A DNA stretch of 63,909 nt, the filler included, from Hyphochytrium catenoides (lineage: Eukaryota; Protista; Hyphochytriomycota), in NCBI GenBank assembly GCA_900088475.1. It is 15 parts of 15 records of this genome, joined end to end, with 100 filler letters (N's around TTAATTAATTAA, not from the genome) between each part and the next. Parts side by side here need not be neighbours in the genome. Positions count along the whole stretch, not along the records: positions 60,464 to 61,622 come from FLMG01001263.1; positions 61,723 to 62,804 come from FLMG01001357.1; positions 62,905 to 63,909 come from FLMG01002479.1; 12 more parts are not named here. The stretch is one strand, 5' to 3'. A program made the translations under genes and the position numbers. This document shows, piece after piece, positions 61,604-63,909 of this stretch (position 1 is its first letter; each line of letters starts with the position of its first letter). Below the pieces are notes generated by a model. That model was given only the letters and a program-made list of their open reading frames with translations, made no database searches and was not told the origin of the DNA.

Positions 61604-62554
61604 GAGAAAGAGAGAAAAGAGANNNNNNNNNNNNNNNNNNNNNNNNNNNNNNNNNNNNNNNNNNNNTTAATTAATTAANNNNNNNNNNNNNNNNNNNNNN
61701 NNNNNNNNNNNNNNNNNNNNNNATACAGAGCAGCGGGAGACAGAGTTGCTACCAATGCCACCATCCTTCTCGTCCTTGACGAGCCTAAAAGCCTCGCCAC
61801 ATCATAAATAGTCAAATTATCTAATCCAGAGCCCACCAGCCGCGCTCTGACGCAGATGATGCCAGCGGTAGCGCCACGACTCCTATCTCACCCAGCTCTT
61901 CAGCAGCCAGAGGCGGTAGCAAGCATCAAGCTCCATCATCAGTGGCCGAGCTGTACAGGAGATCTGTCTGTGCCTCAGACCAACCAACAGCCATTCTCTG
62001 GAACAAAACAGAGACAAGGAATCCTGGTTCATCCAATCTCGGTTGTCCACCCAACATAGCTCTCGGTCGTTGGATCTATATTCGTGTCTCTACCACCATT
62101 AATATCCTTTCAATTCCGGAATTGTCGGTAAGTTCGAGTTTGTTTTCAGTCACTCTTTATTGCTTTCGGTTTCATAGTTGAAGGGTGGCGGGAAGGAGAA
62201 AGAGTTTGAAGTGCGATGACGGTGATGGAAGGAGACAACAGCCCTTCTGTCACTTTCTCCTCTCTTCTCCTTTCTCCTCCTTCCTCTGTCTCCTCCGTTC
62301 CCGTGTGCTGGTGGTTCTTCCCTTGCTTGGTCACTCGCTCGCCCTCAACTTCAGCAGAACTTTCTCTTCCTTCCATTGAGATCGGGGCCCCCGATACGAA
62401 GACTGGAAGAGCGTGGGAGGACGAGGAGGCAGTGCCAACGCGCTAGGAGAAGAGTAGCTCTCGCTTCCTCGAATCTTCACCTCTTTCCTCACGTTCTTCT
62501 GCCCTGAGACGCCATCCATTCGAACCTCTGATGTCTAAAAAGTGCTGAGAGATA

Positions 62555-62804
62555 TGGGATCGATAAGGGAAGAAGCAGATCCCAAGCAGCATTGTCGGCC
62601 CCAGAAGAGGCCGAAGAAGTCTCTATCATTGCCGGTACCAGCAGTGACTAACAATCTTGGCTCCCAGGGGCGGAGGAATGGTCAGAGGTCATCGTCGTCA
62701 ACAGCTTTCACAGTCCTTACCAGCGCTGACCTTTTGGCCTACATCAGCGCATTCCAACGTGGCCGGAGGTACGCAGACTGGCACTCTGGCGATCAGGCTG
62801 CGGC
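62555..62804 (+). CDS. N-terminus of a probable ankyrin-repeat family protein (partial)
   Basis: AFTVLTSADLLAYISAFQRGRRYADWHSGDQAA resembles the leader motif of expanded stramenopile ankyrin-repeat families. The repeats themselves lie outside the contig. Confidence 0.35.
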
Positions 62805-62908
62805 NNNNNNNNNNNNNNNNNNNNNNNNNNNNNNNNNNNNNNNNNNNNTTAATTAATTAANNNNNNNNNNNNNNNNNNNNNNNNNNNNNNNNNNNNNNNN
62901 NNNNCTGT

Positions 62909-63909
62909 TTAAAACTCAATCTCTACGTCTGAGTCTCTATTATCTCCTGGTGCTGCGGAGCTCATACTCTCATAGAATCGCTCCTGTGGCTGAGAGGAGA
63001 GACGCTGGTCTCCTGCTCCTGCTGCGCCGCGGGAAGACTCTCTAAATTGGTCCACCAGCGGTCTATGCTGCCCCTCACACTCTGAACAGACAGAGTGACC
63101 GGGCTGGACAATGCTCCGGCTGCAAATGGAGCAAAATCTCCTCGCTGCCACCGCGCCTGGCGCTGTATAAAAAGGCTGGGCAACCGTCCCTGCTCCTCCT
63201 CTGTCCAGCCCGCCGCGAAGAGGACTCTGGGTCTGTGCATAAGGTTGTTCCTCTTCTGCCACGGTCGCGTCATCACTACCTCCTACGCTGCCATTCTGTC
63301 CTCCTCCTCCGATGGGCTTCATCTCTCTTCCAGTGCCAGCGTAAGGGAGAGAGAGAGAGGCGTCTCTCTCTCTTTGTCTCTTCTTCTTGATGAGGAGAAA
63401 GGCGGATAAGAGTACGAGGAGAAGAGCGATGAGACCGCCAACAATCCCTCCGACAAGGACAGCAGTGCTAGGCCCATCGCTTGACTGCTTGGCAGCGGTA
63501 GAGGAAGAAGAAGAAGAGGGAGAGTCTTTCTCTCCTCCTTCCGATGAGGAAGAAGAGGAAGATGGGGTTGTCGCTTCTCCTTCTTCTGGTTGTCTCGATG
63601 GAGGAGGAGAAGCGTTTGATGGACCTGGAGAGGGAGAAGGGAGAGAAGGAACCGGAGTAGGAGAAGGTCCGGAGGAGGAAGGGCTAACGCCTGAGGGCGT
63701 CGGGGCGGTCGTTGGGGGAGAGACTGGCGCTGGCGTTGGCGCTGGAGTAGGAGAGTTTGTGGGAGGAAGAGTTGGGGGAGATGTGCTTGGAGGCGTGGGA
63801 GCGGGTGTTGGGACGGGCGTTGGGCTGGTGGTGGGAGGAAGAGTTGGGGGAGATGTGGGAGGAGGTGTTGGGGTTGGTGTCGGTGTCGGAGCGGTGGTGG
63901 GGGGTGGAG
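62909..63909 (-). CDS. Type I membrane protein: Pro/Thr/Ser mucin-like stalk, one TM helix, cytoplasmic CxxC-CxxC motif; 5' partial
   Basis: Open frame PPTTAPTPTPTP…PPTLPPT…; TM AVLVGGIVGGLIALLLVLLSAFLLI followed by KKKRQR; tail FCSICSRSIVQPGHSVCSEC; stop at 62909. Confidence 0.75.
   Translation of the reverse strand, partial: PPPTTAPTPTPTPTPPPTSPPTLPPTTSPTPVPTPAPTPPSTSPPTLPPTNSPTPAPTPAPVSPPTTAPTPSGVSPSSSGPSPTPVPSLPSPSPGPSNASPPPSRQPEEGEATTPSSSSSSSEGGEKDSPSSSSSSTAAKQSSDGPSTAVLVGGIVGGLIALLLVLLSAFLLIKKKRQRERDASLSLPYAGTGREMKPIGGGGQNGSVGGSDDATVAEEEQPYAQTQSPLRGGLDRGGAGTVAQPFYTAPGAVAARRFCSICSRSIVQPGHSVCSECEGQHRPLVDQFRESSRGAAGAGDQRLSSQPQERFYESMSSAAPGDNRDSDVEIEF

Noticed and set aside
20925-61622. 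Numerous LSLSLS / RERERE ORFs in the ORF track
   Set aside because: They are translations of (CT)n/(AG)n microsatellites, which lack stop codons; there is no evidence of coding.
20825-62904. Recurrent TTAATTAATTAA 12-mer as a biological repeat or regulatory element
   Set aside because: It is always centred in N44/N44 and gives stops in all six frames, so it is an artificial contig-joining linker.

Overview
Eukaryotic, intron-containing genomic DNA. Gene content (HID1, PCCA, strawberry notch, dynein LC4, BK channel) and intron style suggest a flagellated stramenopile-like protist; this taxonomic placement is inference. The window is not contiguous. It is 15 unrelated contigs joined by 14 artificial 100-nt linkers (N44-TTAATTAATTAA-N44), so neighbourhood across linkers means nothing. 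Contig 1 (1-20824) is gene-dense with short introns and carries HID1, an RPA-interacting protein, propionyl-CoA carboxylase alpha and a strawberry-notch helicase, all on the - strand. Most later contigs are rich in CT/AG microsatellites. They carry an EF-hand outer-arm dynein light chain, a Slo/BK potassium channel, a DUF1295 membrane protein, a small zinc-knuckle protein, a beta-propeller repeat protein, a YqaJ exonuclease with an inserted SAP domain, a NIPA-type transporter with a cysteine-rich ectodomain, an AKTIP-like exon, a homocysteine methyltransferase exon, a mucin-like membrane protein, and decayed Copia, LTR and Helitron-like elements. The strongest novelty candidate is the single-exon fusion of a Mid1/Frizzled-like cysteine-rich domain to a NIPA Mg2+ transporter. 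Exon boundaries were read by eye and are approximate.
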